Assembly (NCBI GenBank): GCA_023386345.1
Contig: JAEWJT010000004.1
Span: 318,485 to 382,484 of the forward strand
Direction: 5' to 3'
Origin: Bacillota bacterium
GTDB taxonomy: Bacteria > Bacillota > Clostridia > Tissierellales > Sedimentibacteraceae
DNA length: 64,000 bases
In this document: positions 19,025 through 28,046 of the stretch, one piece after another
Position numbering within the stretch: the first letter of the stretch is position 1
Layout of the letters: every line of letters begins with the position of its first letter
Made by a program: the position numbers and the translations under genes
The notes under the pieces: generated by a model
The model's database searches: none
Seen by the model: the letters and a program-made list of their open reading frames with translations, nothing else
Told to the model about the DNA's origin: nothing

Positions 19025-19546
19025 ATGACTCAAAGCTTAAATCCAAAATATGATGATATAATACCATTTATTAAGGAAAATCAAGAACGATTTTATCGTT
19101 TCGCATATAGGTATATGAAAAATGCTGACGCATCAGTTGAAGTTGTTCAAGAAACTATAGTAAAAGCCCTTGAAAAAATTCATACTTTAAGGCAAAAGGA
19201 ATACTTAAAAGCATGGTTTTATCGAATACTTATAAATGAATGTATTACTAATATTAGAAAGAATAAAAAAATAGTTTTTGTAGAGCAATGTTATGATGTT
19301 CCTTATAATGATACTGATATAGGTAAGAAAGAGCTTGCTAGCATTATTTTTAAAGCTATTGATAAATTAGATACTAAGTATAAAACTATTATACTTTTAA
19401 GGTTTTACGAAGATATGACAATTTCGGATATTGCTGATGTTCTTAAAATTAATATAAATACTGTTAAATCAAGATTATACAGAGCATTGGACATATTGAA
19501 AAGTGAATTAAAAAATGAAGATATACAAGAATTTGATATATTTTAA
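19025..19546 (+). CDS. ECF-type RNA polymerase sigma factor (SigV-like by partner)
   Basis: 173 aa. Region 2 (AWFYRILINECI) and region 4 (LRFYEDMTISDIADVLKININTVKSRLYRA). Confidence 0.9.
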   Translation: MTQSLNPKYDDIIPFIKENQERFYRFAYRYMKNADASVEVVQETIVKALEKIHTLRQKEYLKAWFYRILINECITNIRKNKKIVFVEQCYDVPYNDTDIGKKELASIIFKAIDKLDTKYKTIILLRFYEDMTISDIADVLKININTVKSRLYRALDILKSELKNEDIQEFDIF

Positions 19547-19567
19547 GGCAAAGAGATGGAGGTTAAT

Positions 19568-20398
19568 ATGAAGAAATTATTAAAAAATATCCATGAAAGA
19601 ACACCTATACCTGAAGATTTAGATATCAAAATAAATCAAGCAATTTATAGAGGAACTCATAGCAGAAAAGCACTCCCATATAAAAAAAGCTTAATTTCTA
19701 TAGCGGCAAGCTTTGCAATTTTTATATTGTTGATTAATACAAATTCTGCATTTGCAGAGTCTATGCGAGATATACCAATTTTAAATGAAATATGTAGAGT
19801 ATTTACATTTAACGAGTATGATACTAAAGACAGTAAAAAAGTTATGAATGTAAAAATTCCAAATATAAGTATCACAGGAAATACTGATTTGGAGAATAGA
19901 ATTAATTATAAGATTAGAAAAACAATGCAGGATGCTATAGATGAGGTTGAGCTTAAGGCGCAAGAATTTTATGATGCTTTTGTAGATACAGGAGGTAAGC
20001 CAGAGGAATTTAGACCAATTGAAGTAACTATCAATTATGAAATTAAAAGTTCTGATGAAAATCATGTATCGTTTATAATAACTAGATTTGAAACGCAAGC
20101 AAGTGCATATCAGGAGAACTATTACTATAATATTGATCTTATTAATGGAAGAGAGATAACACTTAAAGACTTACTAGGACCGAATTTTAAAGAAATAGTT
20201 TTTCAACAAGTTAAAAGGCAAATTGAAAATTTGGATGATGAAAGAAAGTTCTTCCTATTTGATGATGTTAATATAAGTGATCTAATAACAACTAACAGAA
20301 ATTTCTATATAAATGCCGATAATAAAATAGTTGTTGTTTTTGATAAATACGAAATTGCTGCTGGAGCGGCAGGAATGTTTGAATTTATTATTGAATAG
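19568..20398 (+). CDS. anti-sigma factor with DUF4163/DUF3298 extracellular domain (RsiV-like)
   Basis: ATG 19568 follows GGAGG. Single TM segment. C-terminal YYYNIDLINGREITLKDLL ... FDKYEIAAGAAG matches the DUF3298 signature. It is adjacent to the ECF sigma gene (gap of about 20 nt). Confidence 0.75.
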   Translation: MKKLLKNIHERTPIPEDLDIKINQAIYRGTHSRKALPYKKSLISIAASFAIFILLINTNSAFAESMRDIPILNEICRVFTFNEYDTKDSKKVMNVKIPNISITGNTDLENRINYKIRKTMQDAIDEVELKAQEFYDAFVDTGGKPEEFRPIEVTINYEIKSSDENHVSFIITRFETQASAYQENYYYNIDLINGREITLKDLLGPNFKEIVFQQVKRQIENLDDERKFFLFDDVNISDLITTNRNFYINADNKIVVVFDKYEIAAGAAGMFEFIIE

Positions 20399-20404
20399 AT
20401 AAAT

Positions 20405-20438
20405 AAAAAAGCTTGAGATATATTCTTGAGCTTTTTTT
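20405..20438 (+). terminator. Rho-independent terminator
   Basis: AAAAAAGCT...AGCTTTTTTT with inner G.U-extended pairing and a T-run at 20432-20438. Confidence 0.7.
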
Positions 20439-20529
20439 ATTTACACTTTGTACTAAATTTTTGTCATATACAAGCTATCTTGAAATATTATATTGTATGA
20501 AAGAAATTTTACAAAGGAGGCGAATAAAT

Positions 20530-21486
20530 ATGATATCCCAGATATCAAAATATGTAAATACAAATATAAGAGATATTTTACAAAGTCAAAACGAAAATAT
20601 ATTAAACACTGTTTATGAACTTAGATTAAGAATTAACTGCCCTATCTTTTTAAAAAGCTCTACAGGAGACTATTTTATAAGCTATGGAAAAATATCTAAA
20701 TCATATACAGATGATTTTTACAAAATAAATAAAAGTGATATTGCTTCAACTATTGCTGCTTTAACTTCAAACTCCATACATGCTTATGAAAAGGAAATTG
20801 AAAAAGCTTTTTTGACCATAGAAGGTGGACATAGAGTAGGTTTGAGTGGTGACTGCTTATACGAAAAAAATGAATTTAAAGGCTTTAAGAATATAACCTC
20901 TTTAAATATTAGAATTGCAAGGGATTTTATAAATTGTTCCAATAAAATTTTAAAATATATTGTTAAGAACAGCAATAGCATTTATAATACTCTGATTGCA
21001 GGTATACCATTATCCGGAAAAACTACCTGTATAAGAGATTTGGCCAGAAATCTAAGTGATGGTTTTAATAATCCTCAGTTCAACGCATGCGATATAAGCG
21101 TAATAGATGAAAGAGGCGAGATAGCAGCCATACATAATGGAGTTCCGCAATTTTACCTTGGCTCAAGAACGGATATACTATCTTATTGCATGAAAAAGGA
21201 AGGCTTCAGCATTAGTATTCGTTCACTTGCTCCAAGAATAATAATATCAGATGAGCTTGGTTCTGCAGAGGATTTTGACATCATTCAATATGCTCTTAAA
21301 AGTGGAGTAAGCATTATAAGCACCGCTCATGCAAGCTGTGTCGAGGACTTGTTTAAAAATATTTATATTAAAAATATATTAATCAGTGGCTTTATTGAAA
21401 GAATTATTGTTCTTAATGATAAAACACCTGTCTCCATAAAACAGGTGTATGATAATATAGCGGGAAGGTCCATATATGATAATTAA
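20530..21486 (+). CDS. spoIIIAA: stage III sporulation protein AA (ATPase)
   Basis: ATG 20530 follows AAAGGAGG. Walker A GIPLSGKTT. First of eight colinear spoIIIA genes. Confidence 0.9.
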   Translation: MISQISKYVNTNIRDILQSQNENILNTVYELRLRINCPIFLKSSTGDYFISYGKISKSYTDDFYKINKSDIASTIAALTSNSIHAYEKEIEKAFLTIEGGHRVGLSGDCLYEKNEFKGFKNITSLNIRIARDFINCSNKILKYIVKNSNSIYNTLIAGIPLSGKTTCIRDLARNLSDGFNNPQFNACDISVIDERGEIAAIHNGVPQFYLGSRTDILSYCMKKEGFSISIRSLAPRIIISDELGSAEDFDIIQYALKSGVSIISTAHASCVEDLFKNIYIKNILISGFIERIIVLNDKTPVSIKQVYDNIAGRSIYDN

Positions 21487-21979
21487 AATAATAATATTTT
21501 GCTTTATTATAATCACAACTAAAATTATGTTTATGTTATTTTTTCAAGTCGAAGATAAAAAGCTAAGCATGATGAAGGAATCCTCTGACTTTATAGAGTT
21601 TTTAAGAATTTACTCCTGCTTAATGAAAATGTCTTTTGAGGAGATATTGTCAAGCTATACATTTAAGTATGAAAATGTAAAATCTGTTTTTAATAAATTA
21701 TTTATAGATCTAAAGAATGGATTAGCAAAGAACGAGAGCTTTGATACATATGTAAATGATCAAATAGGCTCGGCACCTGAATTTAATTCGAAAATAAGCA
21801 AGATAATGGAATTTTATGGTAGCTCAATGTCTGATGTGTTGGATAATAAGCTTTCATTTTTAAAAAATGATGTTGATAAATACATAAATGAGTATGAGCA
21901 TGAGTATAAGGAAAGAAAAAAATTGTTTAATAAGCTATCTTTTCTAATAGGTAGTCTTATTGCAATAGTTTTAATATAA
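21476..21979 (+). CDS. spoIIIAB: stage III sporulation protein AB
   Basis: Overlaps the spoIIIAA stop. N- and C-terminal TM segments. Size and position fit. Confidence 0.8.
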   Translation: MIIKIIIFCFIIITTKIMFMLFFQVEDKKLSMMKESSDFIEFLRIYSCLMKMSFEEILSSYTFKYENVKSVFNKLFIDLKNGLAKNESFDTYVNDQIGSAPEFNSKISKIMEFYGSSMSDVLDNKLSFLKNDVDKYINEYEHEYKERKKLFNKLSFLIGSLIAIVLI

Positions 21980-22072
21980 ACCAAAAAATGTTTAAAACAA
22001 GTACTAATATACAAGGATTGAAAAATCTGGATTTACGAAAAAAATTCATGAGTATGTGAATACGGAGGTTGT

Positions 22073-22270
22073 ATGGATATAAATATTATTTTTAAGGTTG
22101 GAGCAATAGGACTTATAATAGCGATTTTTACTCAAATACTTTCGCAGACTAAGAGAGAGGAGCAAGCGATGTTTGTCACAATAGCAGGGGTAATAGTGGT
22201 TATGGCAATCATATTAAGCATGCTAAACCAGCTTTTTAACGAGGTTAAGACTATGTTTAATATTTATTGA
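22073..22270 (+). CDS. spoIIIAC: stage III sporulation protein AC
   Basis: 65-aa two-TM protein MDINIIFKVGAIGLIIAI...REEQAMFVTIAGV, typical of SpoIIIAC. Confidence 0.9.
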   Translation: MDINIIFKVGAIGLIIAIFTQILSQTKREEQAMFVTIAGVIVVMAIILSMLNQLFNEVKTMFNIY

Positions 22271-22353
22271 TATCAGATTTTATCTGAATCTATATTAATT
22301 ATACTATAATATTGTCCTTAACAAATTGCTATGAATTGAAAGGAAATAAAAAA

Positions 22354-22743
22354 ATGTTATTGATAAAAATTATATTTATTGCTGTTATAGCTATTCTGTT
22401 AAGCATGCTAATATCAAAGGTAAATGAAGAATATAAGCTATATTTTATACTAATCTTTGGGATAGTTGCTGTTTTGCTGATTTTTAGTGAGCTAAAAGGA
22501 CATATAAGCAATATGTTCAATGTTTTTAAAAACTATAATATTAAAATAGATAATTTCAGCTTGCTTTTAAAAATAGTTGGTATTGCTTACATTTGTGACT
22601 TTGTGTCATTGATATGTAAGGACTTAGATTATGAATCTATAGGAAAAAAGATTGAAATGTCAGGTAAGCTTATAATTTTAGTATATTCGTTCAACGTGAT
22701 ACTAAAATTTATTGATGAGGTGTATTTATTGGTAAACAGATAA
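22354..22743 (+). CDS. spoIIIAD: stage III sporulation protein AD
   Basis: ATG 22354 has an AAAGGAAA RBS. About 129-aa polytopic membrane protein following spoIIIAC. Confidence 0.85.
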   Translation: MLLIKIIFIAVIAILLSMLISKVNEEYKLYFILIFGIVAVLLIFSELKGHISNMFNVFKNYNIKIDNFSLLLKIVGIAYICDFVSLICKDLDYESIGKKIEMSGKLIILVYSFNVILKFIDEVYLLVNR

Positions 22744-22763
22744 ATAGAAAGGATATACTTATT

Positions 22764-23912
22764 ATGATAAAAAAATACATAATTTTTATAATTATATATT
22801 TAATAATATTTTCTAATTTCAATTTTATATTTGCAGCTGATGATTATATGCAAAAAGCTCTTGATTCAGTGAATACTAATGAATTTGACAACTATTTAAG
22901 GGGTACAAGCGATTATTTTGAAAGTAAAAACATTACAATAAAGCAGCTGATAAATGACGCGTTAAAAGGAAAGATAAGTTTTAATCTACTAGATTTTCTA
23001 TCATACCAGTTTAAAAACGAAAAAGACTTTTTAAAACAAACAATCCTTAGCTCTATCAATATTTTAATAGTTTGTATTATTTTAACTATCGTAAAATATT
23101 TTTCCGAAGAAATCAGCAGCAATAATGTTTCTGACATAGTTGTGTTTATATCAATACTTATTGTATTCATAATGGCTACAAAGGATATAAGTTTTGTCAA
23201 GAGCAGCTTGAAAAATGAATTTATTAAATTTAATGAAATTACTCAAAATATAAACAGCCTTTTTCTTGCGTTTATGGTTAGCTTTGGTAAAATCGGGCTT
23301 TTGGAATTTTTTCAAAGGTATTCTCAGCACGTTGTGGGTATGACAGCTAACTTTATATATAATTTTGTGGAAATCATGACAATAGTTTTGATTGCAATAA
23401 TTCTCATAAATAATATCAGTAAATTAGTTAATGCAAAGCTTTTGTACGAGTTCTTAAAAAAAGCTTCCTTAATAATTTTATCCTTATATATAATTGTTGT
23501 TGTCATAAATTTTTCTGTACAAGGATATATATATTATAAAACAGATAATTTATTTATCAATGCAGTTAAAGCTGTATCACCGTCGTCAATACCTATGGTT
23601 GGCAATGCGATAAATAATTTCTTTGGACTATTTGCTAAAAGTATCCTCTTTATTAAGGATATCGCTGGATTTGTTATAATCTTATTCATTTTCTCGATAT
23701 TTGGGGGAACTATAATAAAAATTTTTATAATATTTATTTTATACAAAATAACCGCCGCCTTTGCTGAAACCTTTAATGAGAGTATATCAAACTTGCTGAA
23801 AGAGCTTTCAGATATTATGTATATATATCTTATTTGCTTATTAACTCCGGTAATTATTTTAACTTCGTATTATTCAATAATGCTTAGTTATTTAAACAAT
23901 ATATTCGGATAA
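22764..23912 (+). CDS. spoIIIAE: stage III sporulation protein AE
   Basis: 382-aa protein with a signal peptide plus multiple TM segments, at the operon position of SpoIIIAE. Confidence 0.85.
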   Translation: MIKKYIIFIIIYLIIFSNFNFIFAADDYMQKALDSVNTNEFDNYLRGTSDYFESKNITIKQLINDALKGKISFNLLDFLSYQFKNEKDFLKQTILSSINILIVCIILTIVKYFSEEISSNNVSDIVVFISILIVFIMATKDISFVKSSLKNEFIKFNEITQNINSLFLAFMVSFGKIGLLEFFQRYSQHVVGMTANFIYNFVEIMTIVLIAIILINNISKLVNAKLLYEFLKKASLIILSLYIIVVVINFSVQGYIYYKTDNLFINAVKAVSPSSIPMVGNAINNFFGLFAKSILFIKDIAGFVIILFIFSIFGGTIIKIFIIFILYKITAAFAETFNESISNLLKELSDIMYIYLICLLTPVIILTSYYSIMLSYLNNIFG

Positions 23913-23935
23913 TTAGGTGGGAGGTTAAGATAAAA

Positions 23936-24397
23936 ATGAGAGAAATCATTCTTAATATACTGATATTTATACTATTTATAAATCTAGTGATGATAATATT
24001 TCCTGAGGGGAAAACAGGCAAATACTGTAGAATAGTAATAAAATTATTTTTATTTATTTATATTTTCAATAGTCTAGTATTAAAGGCTGCTATTTCCTTA
24101 GATGATTTCTTTGATTTTAACTTTGATAGTATGGAAAATCAGCTGAGCAATAAAAACTATGAGAGAGAAATCAGACTTTCAGAGTCTGAAAAGAGCTTTA
24201 TATCATTAATTAACAAAGATTTATATGAGGGAGAGGAGGTTATAAAAGATATAAGCTTAATCTTTGCTGACGAAATGAAATTGACAGTAAAGGTTTACAT
24301 AAATAAGACTCTAGATATGAAGGAGCAAGATAGTTTAAAGAGTAATATTTCAAATATTTTTAAAGTAGATAGCGAAAATGTTGAAATTACATTTTAA
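23936..24397 (+). CDS. spoIIIAF: stage III sporulation protein AF
   Basis: Two N-terminal TM segments plus a soluble tail. Operon position. Confidence 0.8.
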   Translation: MREIILNILIFILFINLVMIIFPEGKTGKYCRIVIKLFLFIYIFNSLVLKAAISLDDFFDFNFDSMENQLSNKNYEREIRLSESEKSFISLINKDLYEGEEVIKDISLIFADEMKLTVKVYINKTLDMKEQDSLKSNISNIFKVDSENVEITF

Positions 24398-24472
24398 GTG
24401 AACAACTAGACAATAAACTCATGAGTTATTTCTATAAAATTTGTATCATGAGAATAAAAAAGGAGGGATAAC

Positions 24473-25054
24473 ATGTTTAAAAAAGCTGAGGATTTTTTAA
24501 ACATATTAAAAACAAATAAAAAATTACTTTACACTTTTTGTTTCTTTATCTTGCTTATAGTGGTAGCACTCATGTTAAAGACAGATATTTTATCAAATGA
24601 TACACCTGAAATATCTAAGTTATCAGAGGTGGGAGGCGACAAGGCGAGCGGATACAATTATGATGAATATGTATCCTCATTAGAAAAAAAATTAGAAAGT
24701 ATAATTTCGGAGATAGAGGGTATAGAGAAGGTTAAAACCATGGTATACACTAAATATTCTCCAAAATTAGAACCAATTTTTAATGAGAATACAAATACAG
24801 AATCAAATATTGAAACAGGAAGTGACGGTATAAGAAGGGAGCAAAAAAGAGATAATATACAAAAGAATGTTGAAGCAAAGGATAGTAAAAGTGTTCTTGA
24901 AAAATATTATGAATATCCTGATATATCTGGAGTTTTAATTGTTGTAAACTATTCAGGTAATCAAAATATTTATAAAATTTTAATTAATTCAGTAAAAGTT
25001 TTACTGGATATAGAATTAAACAATATCGAAATAATTGTTAGTAAGAATCAATAA
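24473..25054 (+). CDS. spoIIIAG: stage III sporulation protein AG
   Basis: Single TM segment. The C-terminal ring-building domain ends ...PDISGVLIVVNYSGN. Operon position. Confidence 0.8.
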   Translation: MFKKAEDFLNILKTNKKLLYTFCFFILLIVVALMLKTDILSNDTPEISKLSEVGGDKASGYNYDEYVSSLEKKLESIISEIEGIEKVKTMVYTKYSPKLEPIFNENTNTESNIETGSDGIRREQKRDNIQKNVEAKDSKSVLEKYYEYPDISGVLIVVNYSGNQNIYKILINSVKVLLDIELNNIEIIVSKNQ

Positions 25055-25070
25055 AAAGGGGGAAATTGAA

Positions 25071-25697
25071 ATGACATTTAAAAAGGAGACGTTCATATTT
25101 TTAACATCATTAGCATTAATATTGATTATAGGTTACATAAATTTAATTATGTCAAAAAATGCTGATAAGGAAGGACAGATTTTTGATGAAGCTACATTGC
25201 AAAAAAGACAAGAGGAATTTGCAAAATTAACGAGTGACGTAACAGATAAAACTGATTTAGGTGATATTTTAAACAATGGTAATTCTGATAATACAGGTGA
25301 TACAGGTATACTTAATGTATCTTCAAATAATGATAATCTAGATGTAAGCTTTGAGAATTTCAAAATAAGCAAGGCAAAAAGCAATTTAGAAATCGTTGAT
25401 CAGATAGAAAGAACTATTTCAAGTCCGACAATATCACAGGACGCAAAGGATAAATTTGAAGATTTGCTCGTGGCTAAAAACCAGCAAATTCAAATGGAAA
25501 GCAGTGTAGAATTGATGCTTAAATCTAAGGGTTATAATAATTTTGTGTGTATAGTTAGCACAAATAGTATAAAAATCGTAGCTGATAGAGATATTGAAAA
25601 AGCAGATGCACTTAAAATACTTGATGTTGTAATGTCTGAAACAAAATTTGATCCTCAGCAAATAAAAATTGTAAAATTTAATAATAAAGAATTGTAA
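25071..25697 (+). CDS. spoIIIAH: stage III sporulation protein AH
   Basis: ATG 25071 follows AAGGGGGA. Single TM segment plus C-terminal YscJ/FliF-like domain (VCIVSTNSIKIVAD). Last gene of the operon. Confidence 0.8.
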   Translation: MTFKKETFIFLTSLALILIIGYINLIMSKNADKEGQIFDEATLQKRQEEFAKLTSDVTDKTDLGDILNNGNSDNTGDTGILNVSSNNDNLDVSFENFKISKAKSNLEIVDQIERTISSPTISQDAKDKFEDLLVAKNQQIQMESSVELMLKSKGYNNFVCIVSTNSIKIVADRDIEKADALKILDVVMSETKFDPQQIKIVKFNNKEL

Positions 25698-25726
25698 AAT
25701 TTTAAGTTCTCTGTTATAATTATAAT

Positions 25727-25894
25727 GTCTTGTGCGACAAGACGCAAGTAAACTAATAACACTTAGTTTTACTATTTGTTATTAGTTTGTATGCTTTTTA
25801 TTAAATTGGAAATTTTTCTTCCAATTTAATGACTGAAGAATCGGAATGATTCTTCTATAGAGCGAATAGAGTTCGCTCTGTGAACGAAGTTCAC
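25727..25894 (+). repeat. cluster of at least six stem-loops forming the asp23-nusB leader
   Basis: Hairpins at 25727-25743, 25748-25788 (two alternative folds), 25803-25827, 25835-25855, 25859-25879 and 25880-25894. The stems are GC-enriched relative to their surroundings and recur elsewhere in the window. Confidence 0.65.
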
Positions 25895-25922
25895 TTTTTA
25901 TTAAAGAAAGGATGGTTTTAAT

Positions 25923-26309
25923 ATGACAGAAAAAAATCAAGTTTTTGAAGATGGTCAAGTAAAGATTTCTGATGAAGTAGTAACTATAATAGCTGGTATA
26001 GCAACTACAGGTGTTAAGGGTGTACATAGCATGCACACTGGTTTAGTTGAAGGCTTTTCAAATTTATTTTCATCAAAAAACAATTATTCAAAGGGTGTTA
26101 AGGTTGTTATAGAAGAAAATGTAGTGACATTGGATATCTTTATAAATGTGGTTTATGGATGCAAGATTAATGATGTTGCAGCTGAGATACAAAGAACTGT
26201 TAAAAAAGAAGTTGAGACTATGACAGATTTAACTGTTTCTGTTGTAAATATTCATGTTCAAAATATTGTAACCGAAAAAATAGAAAAAAAAGACGAAGAG
26301 AATCAATAA
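25923..26309 (+). CDS. Asp23/Gls24-family envelope stress protein
   Basis: ISDEVVTIIAGIATTGVKGV...VNIHVQNI is typical of the Asp23 family. It precedes nusB as in many Firmicutes. Confidence 0.9.
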   Translation: MTEKNQVFEDGQVKISDEVVTIIAGIATTGVKGVHSMHTGLVEGFSNLFSSKNNYSKGVKVVIEENVVTLDIFINVVYGCKINDVAAEIQRTVKKEVETMTDLTVSVVNIHVQNIVTEKIEKKDEENQ

Positions 26310-26738
26310 ATGAATAGAAAAATTACTAGAGAAGAAGCAATAAAAATACTATATTCTATGGATATAGGAAATGTATATGATATTAAATTTGTTCAAGAAT
26401 ATCTGGATCATTTTGCAAATGAGGATTCAGATGATTTAACGTTTAATATTGAAGCTATTGACATTAATTACCTTGATAAAACAGTGCTTGATATTATAAA
26501 TAACTTGGAAACTATTGACAAGAAAATCGAGGATAATTCAAAAACATGGAAAATTAACAGAATTGCTAAGATTGACTTGTCGATACTTCGAGTTGCATTG
26601 GCAGAAATACTATATAATGAGCTTATTCCAAATGCTACATCAATCAATGAGGCTGTAAAAATAAGCAAAAAATATTCTGCTGATGAATCATATAAATTCA
26701 TAAACGGGATACTAGGTTCTGTATGCAGAAGCTTGTAA
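26310..26738 (+). CDS. nusB: transcription antitermination factor NusB
   Basis: 142 aa. REEAIKILYSMDI... and INRIAKIDLSILRVALAEILY motifs. Confidence 0.92.
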   Translation: MNRKITREEAIKILYSMDIGNVYDIKFVQEYLDHFANEDSDDLTFNIEAIDINYLDKTVLDIINNLETIDKKIEDNSKTWKINRIAKIDLSILRVALAEILYNELIPNATSINEAVKISKKYSADESYKFINGILGSVCRSL

Positions 26739-26798
26739 GTTTAAAATGCGTTTGTATGCACGATATGTAAACATTTTAAATAAAGGAATTTGTATAAA

Positions 26799-27977
26799 AT
26801 GAAATTAAAGCCAATTAAAGTATCCATGCTAAATCAATATGTGAAGAACTTGTTAAAAAGCAATAGCATATTCTATAATCTTTATGTTGAAGGGGAAGTT
26901 TCTAATATTAAGATTAGTAAAACAGGCTATACTTTTTTTACGCTAAAAGATGAAAGCTCTGCTATAAGCTGTGTATGTTATTATCCGGATGAAAATGTAT
27001 CTGATGGTGATAAAGTCATTGTTAATGGAAAGCTTGAAGTATATGAGGCTAGAGGTACTTATCAAATTGTTGTAAATAATATTGAAAAAACAGGGCTTGG
27101 CAATATCTTTAAGGAACTTGAGCTTTTAAAGGCTAAGCTAAAGGAAAGAGGCTTGTTTGATAAAAATAAGGAAATTCCTTTGCTTCCATCTAAAATAGGT
27201 GTTGTAACCTCTAAAAATGGAGCGGCTGTTCAAGATATTATAAGAAGCTTTAATATGGTAAATGCAGGTCTTGACATATCTATTTACGATTGTCTTGTTC
27301 AAGGTGAAAATGCTAAGGATAGCATTATTCGTGCAATAAAGCACTTTAATGATGAGGAAATTGTTGATATTATTCTCATAGCCAGAGGCGGAGGAAGCTC
27401 AGAGGATTTAAAGGTGTTTAATGAGCTTGAAGTAGCAGAGGGTATTTTTATGTCTAAAATTCCGGTAGTAACTGGTATAGGACATGATACGGATATAACA
27501 TTGTCAGACTACACAGCTGACGTGCATTGTCATACTCCTACAGCAGCTGCTGAATACATAATACGAGGATATAAGAATATAAATCTGCAATTAGAAGCAT
27601 ATTTTAAAGACCTAGTTGTTAAAACAAAAAACGAGCTTAAATATATTGAAGCAAGCTTAAATACTTATCAATATATTTTAAAAACGCATAATCCACAAAA
27701 TATTATTGTAATGTTGAAAAATCAATGCGATATGCAAAAAGCAAAGCTGTCAAATAATATGAATAATGAGTTAAGTAAAAAGCAAAACAGCTTAAATTTA
27801 ATGTATGAGAGAATTTTAGGTCATGATTATAGGAAACAGCTTAAAAATGGATATTCCTTGATTTTTGATAAGGATAATAATCTTATAAAAAGTGTGGATA
27901 ATGTAAATACAGGTGAAAAAATTAAAATAATGTTTGATAAATTTAGTATAGAAGCAGAAATAACTAATGTCTTATAA
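26799..27977 (+). CDS. xseA: exodeoxyribonuclease VII large subunit
   Basis: OB-fold N-terminus, GVVTS..GAAVQDI, ARGGGS motifs. ATG 26799 has better RBS spacing than TTG 26790. Confidence 0.93.
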   Translation: MKLKPIKVSMLNQYVKNLLKSNSIFYNLYVEGEVSNIKISKTGYTFFTLKDESSAISCVCYYPDENVSDGDKVIVNGKLEVYEARGTYQIVVNNIEKTGLGNIFKELELLKAKLKERGLFDKNKEIPLLPSKIGVVTSKNGAAVQDIIRSFNMVNAGLDISIYDCLVQGENAKDSIIRAIKHFNDEEIVDIILIARGGGSSEDLKVFNELEVAEGIFMSKIPVVTGIGHDTDITLSDYTADVHCHTPTAAAEYIIRGYKNINLQLEAYFKDLVVKTKNELKYIEASLNTYQYILKTHNPQNIIVMLKNQCDMQKAKLSNNMNNELSKKQNSLNLMYERILGHDYRKQLKNGYSLIFDKDNNLIKSVDNVNTGEKIKIMFDKFSIEAEITNVL

Positions 27978-27980
27978 AAA

Positions 27981-28027
27981 AGCGAGCTGAGTTCGCTCTA
28001 TGGACATTGTGTCTTGCCAAGCAAGAC
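27981..28027 (+). repeat. two stem-loops in the xseA-xseB spacer
   Basis: AGCGAG-ctgag-TTCGCT (27981-27997) and GTCTTGC-caa-GCAAGAC (28011-28027). Both stems also occur in the asp23 leader. Confidence 0.6.
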
Positions 28028-28046
28028 GATATACAAGGAGCATAAT

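Noticed and set aside
20413-20529. N-terminal extensions of several track ORFs (for example spoIIIAA from 20413, yqfC from 1828, recO from 7674, deoC from 57307, xseB from 28014).
   Set aside because: The extensions lack RBSs, run through terminators or hairpins, and are not homologous to the protein families. Internal ATGs with good RBSs give canonical N-termini.
25727-25894. The hairpin arrays (also 27981-28027 and 48362-48443), considered as a CRISPR array or a MITE.
   Set aside because: The units are different palindromes rather than one repeated sequence separated by unique spacers. I see no terminal inverted repeats or target-site duplications and no cas or transposase genes, so I describe them only as a stem-loop family.
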